From Candidatus Poribacteria bacterium (lineage in GTDB: Bacteria; Poribacteria; WGA-4E; WGA-3G): 64,000 bases of DNA. Shown one piece after another: positions 37,683 through 48,400 of this stretch. Each line of letters opens with the position of its first letter. Position 1 is the first letter of the stretch. The stretch spans positions 1,024,001 to 1,088,000 of the forward strand of contig OZ251518.1 of NCBI GenBank assembly GCA_965242965.1, in the 5' to 3' direction. A model generated the notes under the pieces. That model ran no database searches. It was not told the DNA's origin and saw only the letters and a program-made list of their open reading frames with translations. Position numbers and translations under genes: made by a program.

Positions 37683-38106
37683 CATGGCGAGGGACAGGCC
37701 CTCGCCCTACGGTAACGCACGCCGTTTTTTCGTAGCGCGGGGGCCTGTCCCCCGCGATCTCTAACGTCACGATGTGTGTTTCCTCCTCTGTAGTTTGTGA
37801 TCGCCTGATCACAAACGGGTCAGGATCAGGCGATCCTGACCTACAGGGGTGACGAGGTCTGCTGGCCAAACGCATGGCGAGGGACAGGCCCTCGCCCTAC
37901 GGTAAACTTACGCGATTGCATGGCGAGGGACAGGCCCTCGCCCTACGGTAAATGTTACGTTATAGCATGGCGAGGGACAGGCCCTCGCCCTACGGTGAAG
38001 TGCCGTTTTTTCCGTAGCGCGGGGGTCTGTCCCCCGCGAACGTTGGATTCCGCGGACGATATTGAGACCGGGAGGGCTCTCCTGCACAGATTCATGAAAC
38101 CCCCTC
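37683..38106. repeat. Mosaic REP cluster (A and D families) capped by the terminal motif
   Basis: Several A units and GTAGTTTGTGATCGCCTGATCACAAAC..CAGGATCAGGCGATCCTGACCTAC, ending in CATGAAACCCCCTC. Confidence 0.9.
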
Positions 38107-38126
38107 ATATAATTTTCGGAGGAACT

Positions 38127-38588
38127 ATGAATATCACTATCCAAGTAAATCCTAAACTGACTGCCGACGCGTTGTTTGCTTTCTATGAGCGGAATGACAT
38201 CTGCGAAGTCGGGTTTGGCAAAGAGACGGCGGCGAAGATATTGGAGCATCCACACCTGATTGTGGCCGCGTTTGCGGACGAAGAACTCATCGGACTTGCT
38301 CGCGCGACGTTCGATGGGCTTTCTGCGCATATCATGGAATTCTCGCTAGCCCTTCGTTACCAAGGCGGCGCGCCGAAGTATGCGAACGGTTCGCTGATGG
38401 AGGCGGATGAAAGTGGGGTTGGCAAATCGCTTGGCGCGTGTCTGCTGCGCGAATTGGAAGCGATGGGCGCGACGTTCATCACCGGCTACATCGTCGCCGA
38501 TTGTGAAGAGGCGTTTTATGCATCGTTGGGTTTCAAGGAGAATGAGGGGCATTTGGTTTATCATATTGATAAGCGGCCGTATGCGTAG
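38127..38588 (+). CDS. GNAT-fold acetyltransferase-like protein
   Basis: GGAGGA RBS, ELIGLAR, GVGKSL and AFYASLGF. Confidence 0.7.
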   Translation: MNITIQVNPKLTADALFAFYERNDICEVGFGKETAAKILEHPHLIVAAFADEELIGLARATFDGLSAHIMEFSLALRYQGGAPKYANGSLMEADESGVGKSLGACLLRELEAMGATFITGYIVADCEEAFYASLGFKENEGHLVYHIDKRPYA

Positions 38589-38591
38589 TTT

Positions 38592-38984
38592 GCATCGAGA
38601 CCTCCTGGTCTCGATTTTCCCGTAGCGCGGGGGCCTGTCCCCCGCGTTGGCCGTCGTCAAGTTATGTTTTTAGGTCCTACGGTCGCCTCTCTGTAGTTTG
38701 TGATCGCCTGATCACAAACAGGTCAAGATCAGGCGATCTTGACTTACAGGGCCTGGCGCGCGAGCGATGGCGAGGGAAACCCGCTCGGATGCGCGTATGG
38801 CATCCGAGGGCCCAAGCCCTACGGTGAGGGGGGGAGGCGTTTTCTTCCCGTAGCGCGGGGGCCTGTCCCCCGCGATCGCAGCATGGCGAGGGACAGGCCC
38901 TCGCCCTACGGGAAAGGGAAGCGTTTTTTTCTCCACAGCGCGGGGCCTGTCCCCGCGACGTTGAGCGATTTATGAAACACCCTC
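38592..38984. repeat. Mosaic REP cluster capped by the terminal motif
   Basis: B, A, D and nested-A units ending in CGTTGAGCGATTTATGAAACACCCTC. Confidence 0.9.
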
Positions 38985-39066
38985 GGTTATTTGACAAATT
39001 TCCGTGTGCATGTTATCATAAAAAAAACACGATTCTATACACAAACTCACAACGATGGAAGCGCGC

Positions 39067-40221
39067 ATGCAAAGAATTTTCTTAACCTTAATTTTCCTGA
39101 TTTTGACAGCAACCGTGGCGGTTTCCGGCGATGTGTATCGTATCCGCGAAGGCGATACGCTCCTCATCGCTGTTATCGGACAACCGGAATATACGCAGAC
39201 TGTGCAGGTTCGCGAAGATGGCATGATGAGTTATTTTAGCGGCGATTTGCATGTCGCCGGCAAAACGGCGGACGCGGTTGGCCAACGCATTCGTGCCTTT
39301 CTCGTCTCGGAGAACCTCGTCAGCAATCCTGTCATCATGGTATCTCCCGTGCCACAGGAAAACGGCATTTTCGTCGGCGGTGCAGTGAAAACGCCTGGGC
39401 GTTACGTCATCTCACCGAAAACGGACATCGGTTTATACCGCGCCATTACTCTCGCAGGCGGGATAGCAGAGAATGCCGATGTGCAGCAGGTGCAAGTCAT
39501 TCGTGCGCCTGTGCCGCTGGAAACCGCGCCTACCGAGGGGAAGGTTGAAACTTATGATATTTCCATAAATCAACCCTACCGCGATGTCCGCGTGAACGTC
39601 AGGGATTTAGTGTTTGTCATGCCGCTCAGCGTGGTGGAGGTGCAGGGACAGGTGCAGGTGCCGGGCAAACTTTTTATCCGCGGCAACATCGGCATCGCCG
39701 AGGCGTTGGCGCGGGCAGGCGGTTTAACGGCAGAGGCAGCCCTTGATGCCCTCGTTAAGGTGAGTCGCGACGGAACCCTCTCCGAATTCAGCGTGACAGA
39801 GCAGTTTTGGAAATCTACGGCGAACGGAAAGGCAACAATTGAGACAGAGCAGACTCTCTTACTGTCCGATGGCGACGTGCTGTTCGTGCCGAATGCGTTC
39901 AAGGTAGAGCCGATTTATGTCATCGGTTACGTTCGTAACCCCGGTGCTCACCGCGTGCGTGAACCGCTCACTCTCGCGCAAGCAGTCGCCTTAGCCGGTG
40001 GGTTTGAAGAAGCAGCAGAACGGAAAAATGTCACGATTCATCGGCGCGATGGCACCAGTCTTGAACATCCGTTTACGGCGAGCGGCACCGAGGTGATTTT
40101 CCTCTACCCGGGCGATATCTTGGAGGTAGACAAGCGGTTTCAATTGAGTTGGGGGTTGGTAAGTGCCATCGTCTCAACTGCCTCTGTCATCGCAACGCTG
40201 ATTGTTACGCTAACGCGCTAA
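39067..40221 (+). CDS. Polysaccharide export / SLBB-domain protein (Wza-like)
   Basis: Signal peptide, YRIREGD..VREDG, and three SLBB repeats (GAVKTPG..LAGG, GQVQVPG..RAGG, GYVRNPG..LAGG). A TTGACA-17-TATCAT promoter lies at 38991. Confidence 0.85.
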   Translation: MQRIFLTLIFLILTATVAVSGDVYRIREGDTLLIAVIGQPEYTQTVQVREDGMMSYFSGDLHVAGKTADAVGQRIRAFLVSENLVSNPVIMVSPVPQENGIFVGGAVKTPGRYVISPKTDIGLYRAITLAGGIAENADVQQVQVIRAPVPLETAPTEGKVETYDISINQPYRDVRVNVRDLVFVMPLSVVEVQGQVQVPGKLFIRGNIGIAEALARAGGLTAEAALDALVKVSRDGTLSEFSVTEQFWKSTANGKATIETEQTLLLSDGDVLFVPNAFKVEPIYVIGYVRNPGAHRVREPLTLAQAVALAGGFEEAAERKNVTIHRRDGTSLEHPFTASGTEVIFLYPGDILEVDKRFQLSWGLVSAIVSTASVIATLIVTLTR

Positions 40222-40235
40222 TCAAGGAAGAAAAT

Positions 40236-43200
40236 ATGAACATGGATGCAAAGACGACTCCGACTTTGGAGTTTTCCCCGGGTCAAATTGTTTGCCTGAG
40301 CTCAAACCCGTCTATCCGCGGTGCGGTTGTGGCCGTGTTACCGGGCACCCCTGAAAACCGATTTGACGTGTTCCTGAACGGAAACATTCAAACCTTTTAC
40401 GCGTCGCAGTTGCAAGTTGAAGCGCGTCCCGTTGCGGCATTTCAAGGGTTGTCAGGCGATGCGTTTCACGCGTATCTCACCGCGCTTCACATCCGCTATC
40501 CGGTGCTTTCCTCGCTTTACTCGCTTAACACGGCCAGCATCGATTTTATCCCGTATCAGTATCGGCCGGTGATGAAATTCATCAAGGCAGAGTTGCCGAG
40601 GATTCTCATCGCCGATAGTGTCGGTGTCGGGAAAACCATCGAGGCGGGCCTGATTTTGCGGGAACTCCAAGCCCGGCGCGAGATTAAATCCGCGCTCATT
40701 ATCTGTCCGCGTCCCCTCGTCGCTGAGAGAAAATGGGAGCAGGAGATGAAGCGGTTTGACGAAAATTTCACGCCGCTAGATGGAAACACGTTGCGATACT
40801 GCATTAACGAAACACATCTCGATGGCGAGTGGCCTGCGCAACATCCAAAGGTAATTGTTCCGTATTCGTTGTTAGACAAGACGCTCCTTTTTGGCCCAGG
40901 GGGAAGCCGCAAGAAGCGAGGCGGCAAGGGCCTGTTGGATTTGGACCCGCCACCGCACTTCGATCTGGTTATCGTCGATGAGGCACACCACATCCGAAAC
41001 CAGAACACTGCGAATCACGAAGCAGTTCGGTTTTTTTGTGAGCACGCGGAAGCCGCAGTCTTTTTGACTGCGACACCTATCCAACTCGGCAGCCACGATT
41101 TGTTTGTGCTGCTCAACGTGCTTCGTCCAGACCTGGTTTTAGACGAGGAGAGTTTCAATGAGATGGCGGAGCCGAACCCGTTTATTAACCGCGCCGTTGA
41201 CATGGCACGGGCACAAAAACGTGGGTGGCCGCGGCAAGCGGCGACGGAATTAGACAAGGCAGTAGCCACCGCGTGGGGACAATCGTTCCTCAGGGATAAC
41301 CCGGAGTTCCAGCGTATCCAGCGTCACATTGCCTCCGGGCGCGTTACGCAGGAAGAACGGGTGCAGCTCATCACGGATATGGAAGCGCAGCACACTTTCT
41401 CAGGGATAATCAACCGCACGCGTCGGCGCGACATCGGCGAGTTCACTATCCGACAGCCACAAACCGTGAAGGTTGAATTATCGGCGGACCAGGAGGAACT
41501 TCACAGTGCACTCCTGAAAATGCAAGAGGATATATTCCGCACGCTTCACGGAGACAGGAACGTCAAGTTCATGATGACGACGCTGCGCCGCCAACTCGCG
41601 AGTTGTCTCTATGGACTTGAACCCCTTCTTGAGGACATCTTGCATCGCCACCTTGACGAATTCGCCTGGGCAGAGGCCGATGCAGTTGACGCGATGCCGA
41701 ATGAAAAAGTTATCCCTGGGATTCGCGCCCAAGTTGAAGATGTTCTGAACCAAGCGAAATCTGTCGATTCCGACGATTTGAAACTGGCGGCTCTCCGCAA
41801 AATTGTCCGTGAGCGGCAAGGACTGCGCAATAACAAAATCATGCTATTTAGCAGTTTTCGGCACACGCTTGCGTATCTTTACAAGCACCTCAAAGCCGAT
41901 GGCGTGCGCGTCGGCGTGATTCACGGCGGTGTGCCCGACGAAGAACGCCTCGTGCTGCGAAATCGGTTTGAGAAACCGAAAACCGCGGACGACTGCATCG
42001 ATGTCATGCTGTTTTCCGAAGTCGGCTGCGAAGGACTTGATTATCAGTTCTGCGACTGTATCGTCAACTATGATTTGCCGTGGAATCCGATGAAGATTGA
42101 GCAACGCATCGGCCGCATTGACAGGAGGGGGCAAAAAAGTGAACGGGTTACCATTATCAACCTAATCACCCCCGGCACCGTCGATGCCGACATTTACGAA
42201 CGGTGCTTCCTCCGCATCGGGGTGTTTGAGAGTGCCCTCGGCGGCACCGAAGAAATCCTCGGCGAAATCACCACCGAAATTCAGAATATCGCCGAAAACC
42301 ATGAACTTAGTAGAGAGGAACGGAAGGAGCAGCTGCAACAATTGGCGGATAACCAGATCCGACTAATGCAGGAGCACGAAAGCCTTGAGGCACAGCAGTT
42401 GGAACTCTTCAGTATCCATCTCCCGGATAGACAGATAGAGAGAGACGTGGAAAACGCCACGAGTTTCTGGTTATCGGCACGCTCCATCCAGCGGCTCGTC
42501 ACGCACTATCTGCAGCAGCACTTCGGGCGTGACAGGGAATTTATCCTCGGCGGCGAAAGGCCGCTGAAAACGCTACGGCTTGCCGAAGACGCGCGACACA
42601 CCCTGCTGCAAGATTTTCGGGAACTCTCCAGAGAGAGAAGTCCTCTCTATCGCGAGTGGGAGGACTGGTTGAAGAGTGCAGTCCCGCATTTATCGATTAC
42701 CTTTGATTCGGAGTGCAAACGCCAGCATCCGGAGGCTACCTTCATCGTTCCGACGCATCCTTTGGTGAAACAGGCGGCGGCGCGGTTAGAAATTGAACCT
42801 AACGTTTTCGTCAAATTGAAGGTGCGCACGCGCGATGTCCCCGCGGGCCGTTATGATTTTGCCATTTACCAGTGGCAGTTTCATGGCATTAAGGGGAATC
42901 TGGTGCTGAAACCGGTCTCTTCGTCAGAAGTGTTAACGCCGCATCTGAACAAATTGCTGGAGAAAGCGGCGGATAGCGACATCCGAGAGGGTGATGCGCC
43001 GCCGGAACGTGAAGCGTTGGAAACGGCGCATCAGCAGCTGTGGGCAGAAGCACGTGAAGAGCACCAACGGCGCACGCGAGACTTGGCAGATCACCGTAAG
43101 AAGAATTTGTCAACAAGTCATCGGAAACGCATCGCGCTCCTCAAAAGTCAGCGCGACCGGGTGAGCGATGTCAACATTCGGCGGATGCGTGAAAGCGAAA

Positions 43201-43313
43201 TCGCTAATGCCGAAGCAGATTACAACCGCCGTATTCAGGAACTCAATGACGCAATGACGACGGCCGAGATTACGGCAGAAGCCGTGGCGTATGGCATCTT
43301 GGAAGTGGAGTAG
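40236..43313 (+). CDS. SNF2-family helicase (RapA/DrmD-like)
   Basis: PYQ, LIADSVGVGKTIEAG, DEAHH, LTATP, SEVGCEGLD and NYDLPWNPMKIEQRIGRIDR. Confidence 0.9.
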   Translation: MNMDAKTTPTLEFSPGQIVCLSSNPSIRGAVVAVLPGTPENRFDVFLNGNIQTFYASQLQVEARPVAAFQGLSGDAFHAYLTALHIRYPVLSSLYSLNTASIDFIPYQYRPVMKFIKAELPRILIADSVGVGKTIEAGLILRELQARREIKSALIICPRPLVAERKWEQEMKRFDENFTPLDGNTLRYCINETHLDGEWPAQHPKVIVPYSLLDKTLLFGPGGSRKKRGGKGLLDLDPPPHFDLVIVDEAHHIRNQNTANHEAVRFFCEHAEAAVFLTATPIQLGSHDLFVLLNVLRPDLVLDEESFNEMAEPNPFINRAVDMARAQKRGWPRQAATELDKAVATAWGQSFLRDNPEFQRIQRHIASGRVTQEERVQLITDMEAQHTFSGIINRTRRRDIGEFTIRQPQTVKVELSADQEELHSALLKMQEDIFRTLHGDRNVKFMMTTLRRQLASCLYGLEPLLEDILHRHLDEFAWAEADAVDAMPNEKVIPGIRAQVEDVLNQAKSVDSDDLKLAALRKIVRERQGLRNNKIMLFSSFRHTLAYLYKHLKADGVRVGVIHGGVPDEERLVLRNRFEKPKTADDCIDVMLFSEVGCEGLDYQFCDCIVNYDLPWNPMKIEQRIGRIDRRGQKSERVTIINLITPGTVDADIYERCFLRIGVFESALGGTEEILGEITTEIQNIAENHELSREERKEQLQQLADNQIRLMQEHESLEAQQLELFSIHLPDRQIERDVENATSFWLSARSIQRLVTHYLQQHFGRDREFILGGERPLKTLRLAEDARHTLLQDFRELSRERSPLYREWEDWLKSAVPHLSITFDSECKRQHPEATFIVPTHPLVKQAAARLEIEPNVFVKLKVRTRDVPAGRYDFAIYQWQFHGIKGNLVLKPVSSSEVLTPHLNKLLEKAADSDIREGDAPPEREALETAHQQLWAEAREEHQRRTRDLADHRKKNLSTSHRKRIALLKSQRDRVSDVNIRRMRESEIANAEADYNRRIQELNDAMTTAEITAEAVAYGILEVE

Positions 43314-43317
43314 AAAT

Positions 43318-45048
43318 ATGCTCACAAAACTTATCTGCCGCAACTTCAAATGCTTTGAAGAAGTCGAAATTGATTTGGGAAATCCTGTCGTCTTTGTCGG
43401 CCCAAATAACTCCGGCAAAACCGCTGCTTTGCAGGCACTTGCCCTGTGGGACATCGGGCTCAAACGGTGGAACGAGAACCGAAAAGGACGAGCTAACCCA
43501 GCAAAGCGTCCGGGTGTTACGATTAACCGCCGCGACCTTATCTCTGTTCCTGTTCCAAACGCAAGATTGCTCTGGCAAAATTTGCGGGTTCGGGATGCTC
43601 AGAGAATTGATGGGAAGACGCTCACGCAGAATATCTGTATGGAGATTATCGTCACCGGCGTTACTGCTGGCCAACAGTGGGAATGTGGACTGGAATTCGA
43701 TTACGCTAACACTGAATCCTTTTACTGCCGTCCTCTTCGGTTAGAGGAAAAGGAACGCAGCGTAACAAAACGAATGCCGGTTCCTGATCAGGCAGCGAAT
43801 CTCAATGTCGCTTTTCTACCACCGATGTCTGGGCTCGCATCAAATGAGACACGGCTTGACGAAGGAGCAATCAACGTCCGTATTGGTGAAGGCAGGACAG
43901 CGGAAGTGCTCCGCAATCTGTGCCATCAGGTAGAGCAAAACAGTCGGCAAACATGGGAAACGGTTTGTGAGCAAATCCGAGACTTGTTTGGCTTTCAACT
44001 TGAAGAACCTGTTTACATTCGGGAACGCGGCGAAATTGAGATGAGTTATCGGGACAGATCTGGCACCTCACTAGACCTCTCCTCTTCAGGACGTGGGCTT
44101 CAACAGACACTCCTCTTGTTCGCCTATATCGCCGCGCACCCGGGCTCAGTCCTACTACTTGACGAACCAGACGCGCATCTGGAAATCCTCCGGCAACGAC
44201 AGATTTATCAGATGCTCACCGATTTAGCGAGGAAACATGACAGCCAAATCGTCGCCGCCAGCCATTCCGAGGTTATCCTGAAGGAGGCAGCTGATCGGGA
44301 TGTCGTCGTCGCTTTCCTCGGTAAGCCGCATCGCATTGATGACAGGGGTAGCCACCTCCTGAAATCGCTTAAGGAAATTGACTTTGATCACTATTATCAG
44401 GCAGAACAGAGAGGCTGGGTTCTCTATCTTGAGGGGGCAACGGACTTAGCGATTTTAAAGGCATTCGCTGAGAAACTTGAGCATCCTGCGCTGGACGTAT
44501 TGGAAAGTCCGTTCGTAGAGTATGTCGGAAACCAACCTGCGAATGCCCGTAAACATTTTCATGGATTGCGAGAGGCAAAGCCAGACCTAGTTGGTTTCTG
44601 TCTCTTCGATCGGCTGGATCGTGAACTTCAAGATACCTCCGCGCTACGGGAATATGCTTGGAAACGTCGCGAGATTGAGAATTATGTAGTGGATAGAAAA
44701 GAGGTGCTCATTCATTGGGCGCAAGAAGAAGCCGCACAATGGCCCGAAGGACCGCTATTTTCTCATGCCTGGGCATCTACAATGGAAAAAACGATTGCGG
44801 ACATTGAAGGTGCCTTTCGGACGCTTGGGGAAGACTCGCCGTGGTCTCCAAATACCAAAGTGAGCACTGATTTCCTCGACCGGCTTTTCGAGAATTTTTT
44901 TAAAAAACTGGAACTGCCGAATCTCATGGAGAAAACGAATTACCATCGGCTTGTCCAGTGTGTTCCCGCGGAGAGTCTCGATTCCGAAGTATCAGAAGTG
45001 CTTGATGGTATTTTGGCGGTAGCGGAACAAGCAGTGCCGCTGACTTAA
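43318..45048 (+). CDS. ABC-type ATPase fused to a TOPRIM-like domain (OLD/PARIS-like architecture)
   Basis: NFKCF, GPNNSGKT, SSGRG, LLDEPDAHL and ASHS, then YLEGATD, LFDR and REIENY. Confidence 0.82.
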   Translation: MLTKLICRNFKCFEEVEIDLGNPVVFVGPNNSGKTAALQALALWDIGLKRWNENRKGRANPAKRPGVTINRRDLISVPVPNARLLWQNLRVRDAQRIDGKTLTQNICMEIIVTGVTAGQQWECGLEFDYANTESFYCRPLRLEEKERSVTKRMPVPDQAANLNVAFLPPMSGLASNETRLDEGAINVRIGEGRTAEVLRNLCHQVEQNSRQTWETVCEQIRDLFGFQLEEPVYIRERGEIEMSYRDRSGTSLDLSSSGRGLQQTLLLFAYIAAHPGSVLLLDEPDAHLEILRQRQIYQMLTDLARKHDSQIVAASHSEVILKEAADRDVVVAFLGKPHRIDDRGSHLLKSLKEIDFDHYYQAEQRGWVLYLEGATDLAILKAFAEKLEHPALDVLESPFVEYVGNQPANARKHFHGLREAKPDLVGFCLFDRLDRELQDTSALREYAWKRREIENYVVDRKEVLIHWAQEEAAQWPEGPLFSHAWASTMEKTIADIEGAFRTLGEDSPWSPNTKVSTDFLDRLFENFFKKLELPNLMEKTNYHRLVQCVPAESLDSEVSEVLDGILAVAEQAVPLT

Positions 45049-45168
45049 CCCGTTTGGCGCGCTCATCGTGAACATCCCGGTGGGCTTGCGCCAGTGGATA
45101 CTTAATGTTTTACTGCGATTTTCACAAAACTGAAAACTGAATCGTTTTGGTGGGCGCACACTTTTTTC

Positions 45169-45198
45169 TTGACAAATACCACCGAATTATGATATAAT
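45169..45198 (+). promoter_or_regulatory. Near-consensus sigma70 promoter
   Basis: TTGACA(45169)-18 bp-TATAAT(45193) with TG extension. Confidence 0.7.
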
Positions 45199-45463
45199 TA
45201 AAAATATCCTAAAGTTTGGGCAATTTGTGCGAGCGCGGGGATGCGAACGGTTGCATCGGATCGATTCCCGCATAGACATAAGCGCGCGTTACGCGCTTCG
45301 TAAACCCCGACGACTCGAAGACAGAGGCAGTCAACTTGTAGCGTCGGCACGAGATTCGGCACTGCAACTCTATAGAGTTTATTTCGTAAATTTGATAAAG
45401 CAACGGGAATTTGATGCAGATTGTCTAAACTTCGGTAGAATTAAAGGTAAAGGAGGCTATCGC

Positions 45464-48400
45464 ATGCCAAGTGAGCAATTTGAACACATTCAGCGAATTC
45501 GGAATGACTTTCAGGCCACCAAGCGAGTTAAAGATAGTTTGAACAATTCAGTTCAGACTCTCGCGGCTGACCTTTACAACAAACATACCCATTTTATCTT
45601 TGAGTTAATCCAGAACGCTGAAGACAACGCCTACGATGAGCCTTCACCCTCCCTTTCCTTTCGGTTAACGAAAACCGATCCGACTGGGAGCAAGGATGCC
45701 GATGGCGCGTTGATTATCCAAAACAACGAAACCGGTTTTTGTCATGAAAACGTGGATGCTCTCTGTGCTGTTGGTAAAACAACGAAGCAGAAAGCACATG
45801 GCTATATCGGGGAAAAAGGGATTGGTTTCAAATCCGTTTTCCGCGTTACGGGAAATCCACACATTTTTTCCAACGGCTATCGCTTTTGTCTACCCGAGCG
45901 CGACGAGGAAACGGGACTAGGCTACATTGTGCCACGATGGGTGGATTGCCCGCCAGAAGAACTCAATCTCTCTCAAACGCATATCATTCTACCGCTCACG
46001 AAGAGGGAGTTTGGCTATGATAAAATTGAGGAGATGCTCCTGGAGCTTGAGCAGGAAACTATCCTTTTTCTCTCAAAATTGCAGGAAATCCGAATAGAGA
46101 CAGATACCGGAACCGATCTCACAATTTTGAAAAACGCTGATGAGTTCCCCAAAATTGAGGTTCTCATTGAAGGTAGGAAACAACGGTGCTCTTTCTCGAA
46201 AGTTGACAAGTTTTTGGTGTGTACCAAAAACTTTCACAAACCGGTGGAAGTTCATCACGAAAAGCGGGAAGGGGTAAATGAGCGAGATGTCTCAATCGCA
46301 TTTCCGATGGATGAAGATCCCACTGGCTCCGGAAAGATTTTTGCCTATCTGCCTGTATCCGACACGAATTTTCCATTTTTAATCAACGCTGATTTCATTC
46401 TAACGAGTTCGCGCGAAGGCATTCAGCAGGATGAGCGTTGGAATCGCTGGTTGATGGACTGCGTTGCAGAGGTAGTCGCGTCCGAATTACTATCCCTCTT
46501 AAAGAAGGAACAACTTTTAACGGTTCCCTTCCTCGAGACACTCGCGAGGAGTCTAAAAAACTTTGCGGCAGACGAGAGGAACCTATTTTATCCTATCACT
46601 AGGAAGGTGCGTGAAACTCTTATGACACAAGAGTTTCTTCCTGCTAATGATGGGACGTTTGTTTATGCGGAAAACGCGATGCTTGCACGCGGTGATGCCG
46701 TTAGGAATCTTCTCAGCCATGCCCAGTTAGGAGCATTGTTTTCTGGTTCTGAGAACGGAACCAAGTGGTTGTCCGCCGACATTACGGCGGACCGCACGCC
46801 TATTCTTCATCGGTACCTCATGGACTTGGGTATTGAGGAAGTCATTCCGATGACATTTGCACGAAGACTATCACCACCGTTCCTTGCAGCACAAACCGAC
46901 GACTGGTTCATTGAATTCTATAGGTTCTTATCAGGGCAGTCTGTTGTGACGCGTAATCTCCGTACCGAGCCTATCCTACGTCTCCAAGATGGCTCGCACG
47001 TTAGACCTTTCCAAGAAGACGCTTCACCTAACGCGTACTTGCCACTGATTGAAACGGATACCGATTCGTCACTGCCAACTGTGAAGTTAGAAATCGTTCA
47101 AGATGATGACGCTCGCGAGTTTCTGAAAAATTTGGGGATCCCAGAGTGGGACATCGTTGAAGAAGTCATCAGGGATATCCTCCCCAAATATGTGGATGAT
47201 TCGCCGATGGTCCCAATGGAGACTTATAGAAGCGATTTCGCCAAAATTGTGTATGCTCACAATACAGATTCGACTAAGCGGAGAGCACAACTCCGGAAGG
47301 CATTGTTCGCTACACCCTTTGTTTTCCTAGAAAATCCACCCGCAGGCAGCGCAAACTACCTCAAGCCAGCTCAACTCTATTTCGCAAACGATGATAGATT
47401 GTGGGGAAACTTTTCAGGAAACTATTCCCGCGTGTCCGTGCGTAAGGACATTTATGAGTTCCTGAAATTGCTGGGAACTCGTAAATGGAACGTCGTTGAG
47501 GAAGTTTACAAAACTATCCTGCCGAAATATGTGACCGGTTCACCGGCGGTTCCTCTTCAGAGTCACCGGGACGATTTCGCCAAAATTGCAGACGCTTACA
47601 CGACAAGTTCGCATTTACAGAAAACGGACCTTTGTGAGAAACTGCAGGGGATACCGTTTATCCTTGCCGAGCACCGTGACGCGGCCGAACCTGCCTATCG
47701 GAAACCAGATGAACTCTATTTCCTAACAGAGGAACTGCGCTTGTATTTTGACAAGAACGCTTCCTATAGGTTTGTAAGTTCTATCTATCCTGAAAGGTAT
47801 TTTGATATGCTCAACGAATTAGGGGTGAGGGATAGCATCCCAGTCATTTGTAGATCACGTCCCGGATTGACAGATGACATCACTCTTAAAAGCAAATGGA
47901 AAGAGTATTCACACTACTGTCACAGACGCGGATTAAAAGGGTTCGATCCAGACATTGAAGTCAAGGGTCTCGCAGATATCTTGAAGAATCCATCTCGTGC
48001 GCAAAGCGAGATAATTTGGAACCGCATAGCCCTCCCTTATCGGCATTGCATTAGAGGAACGGTTCTCTGGTCAAGCCGACAAGATTTTTCGCGTTCTGCA
48101 TCCGTCTATGAAGAAGAGGAAACGGTATCGCAACACTTTGGGCGTTTGCTAGTTGAGGCGGCATGGCTGCCAGATTCCGATTGGAACCTGCACAAGCCGA
48201 GTGAACTTAACCTCGACGAACTTCCCGAATCATTTGAACGTGATGAGCGGTTGGCCGACTTGCTTGGGATGAAGAAGGATAAAGTTGCTGAGTTGGCGGC
48301 CGAGACAGGGGTTTCAGCGGAAGTCATCAGAGACTTCATGCAAAACCCCGATGAATATGCGGAATATAAGGCGTGGAAGGCTGAAAAGCAAGAACAGCAT

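Noticed and set aside
40236-45048. DISARM or BREX system
   Set aside because: A DrmD-like SNF2 is present, but no DrmA/B/C, adjacent methyltransferase, PglZ or BrxC was seen.
45227-45463. 79-aa N-terminal extension of the sacsin-like ORF (likewise the extensions at 17334, 37920, 58865 and 60630)
   Set aside because: Better RBS/ATG or the domain start lies downstream. The extensions run through leader or repeat DNA.
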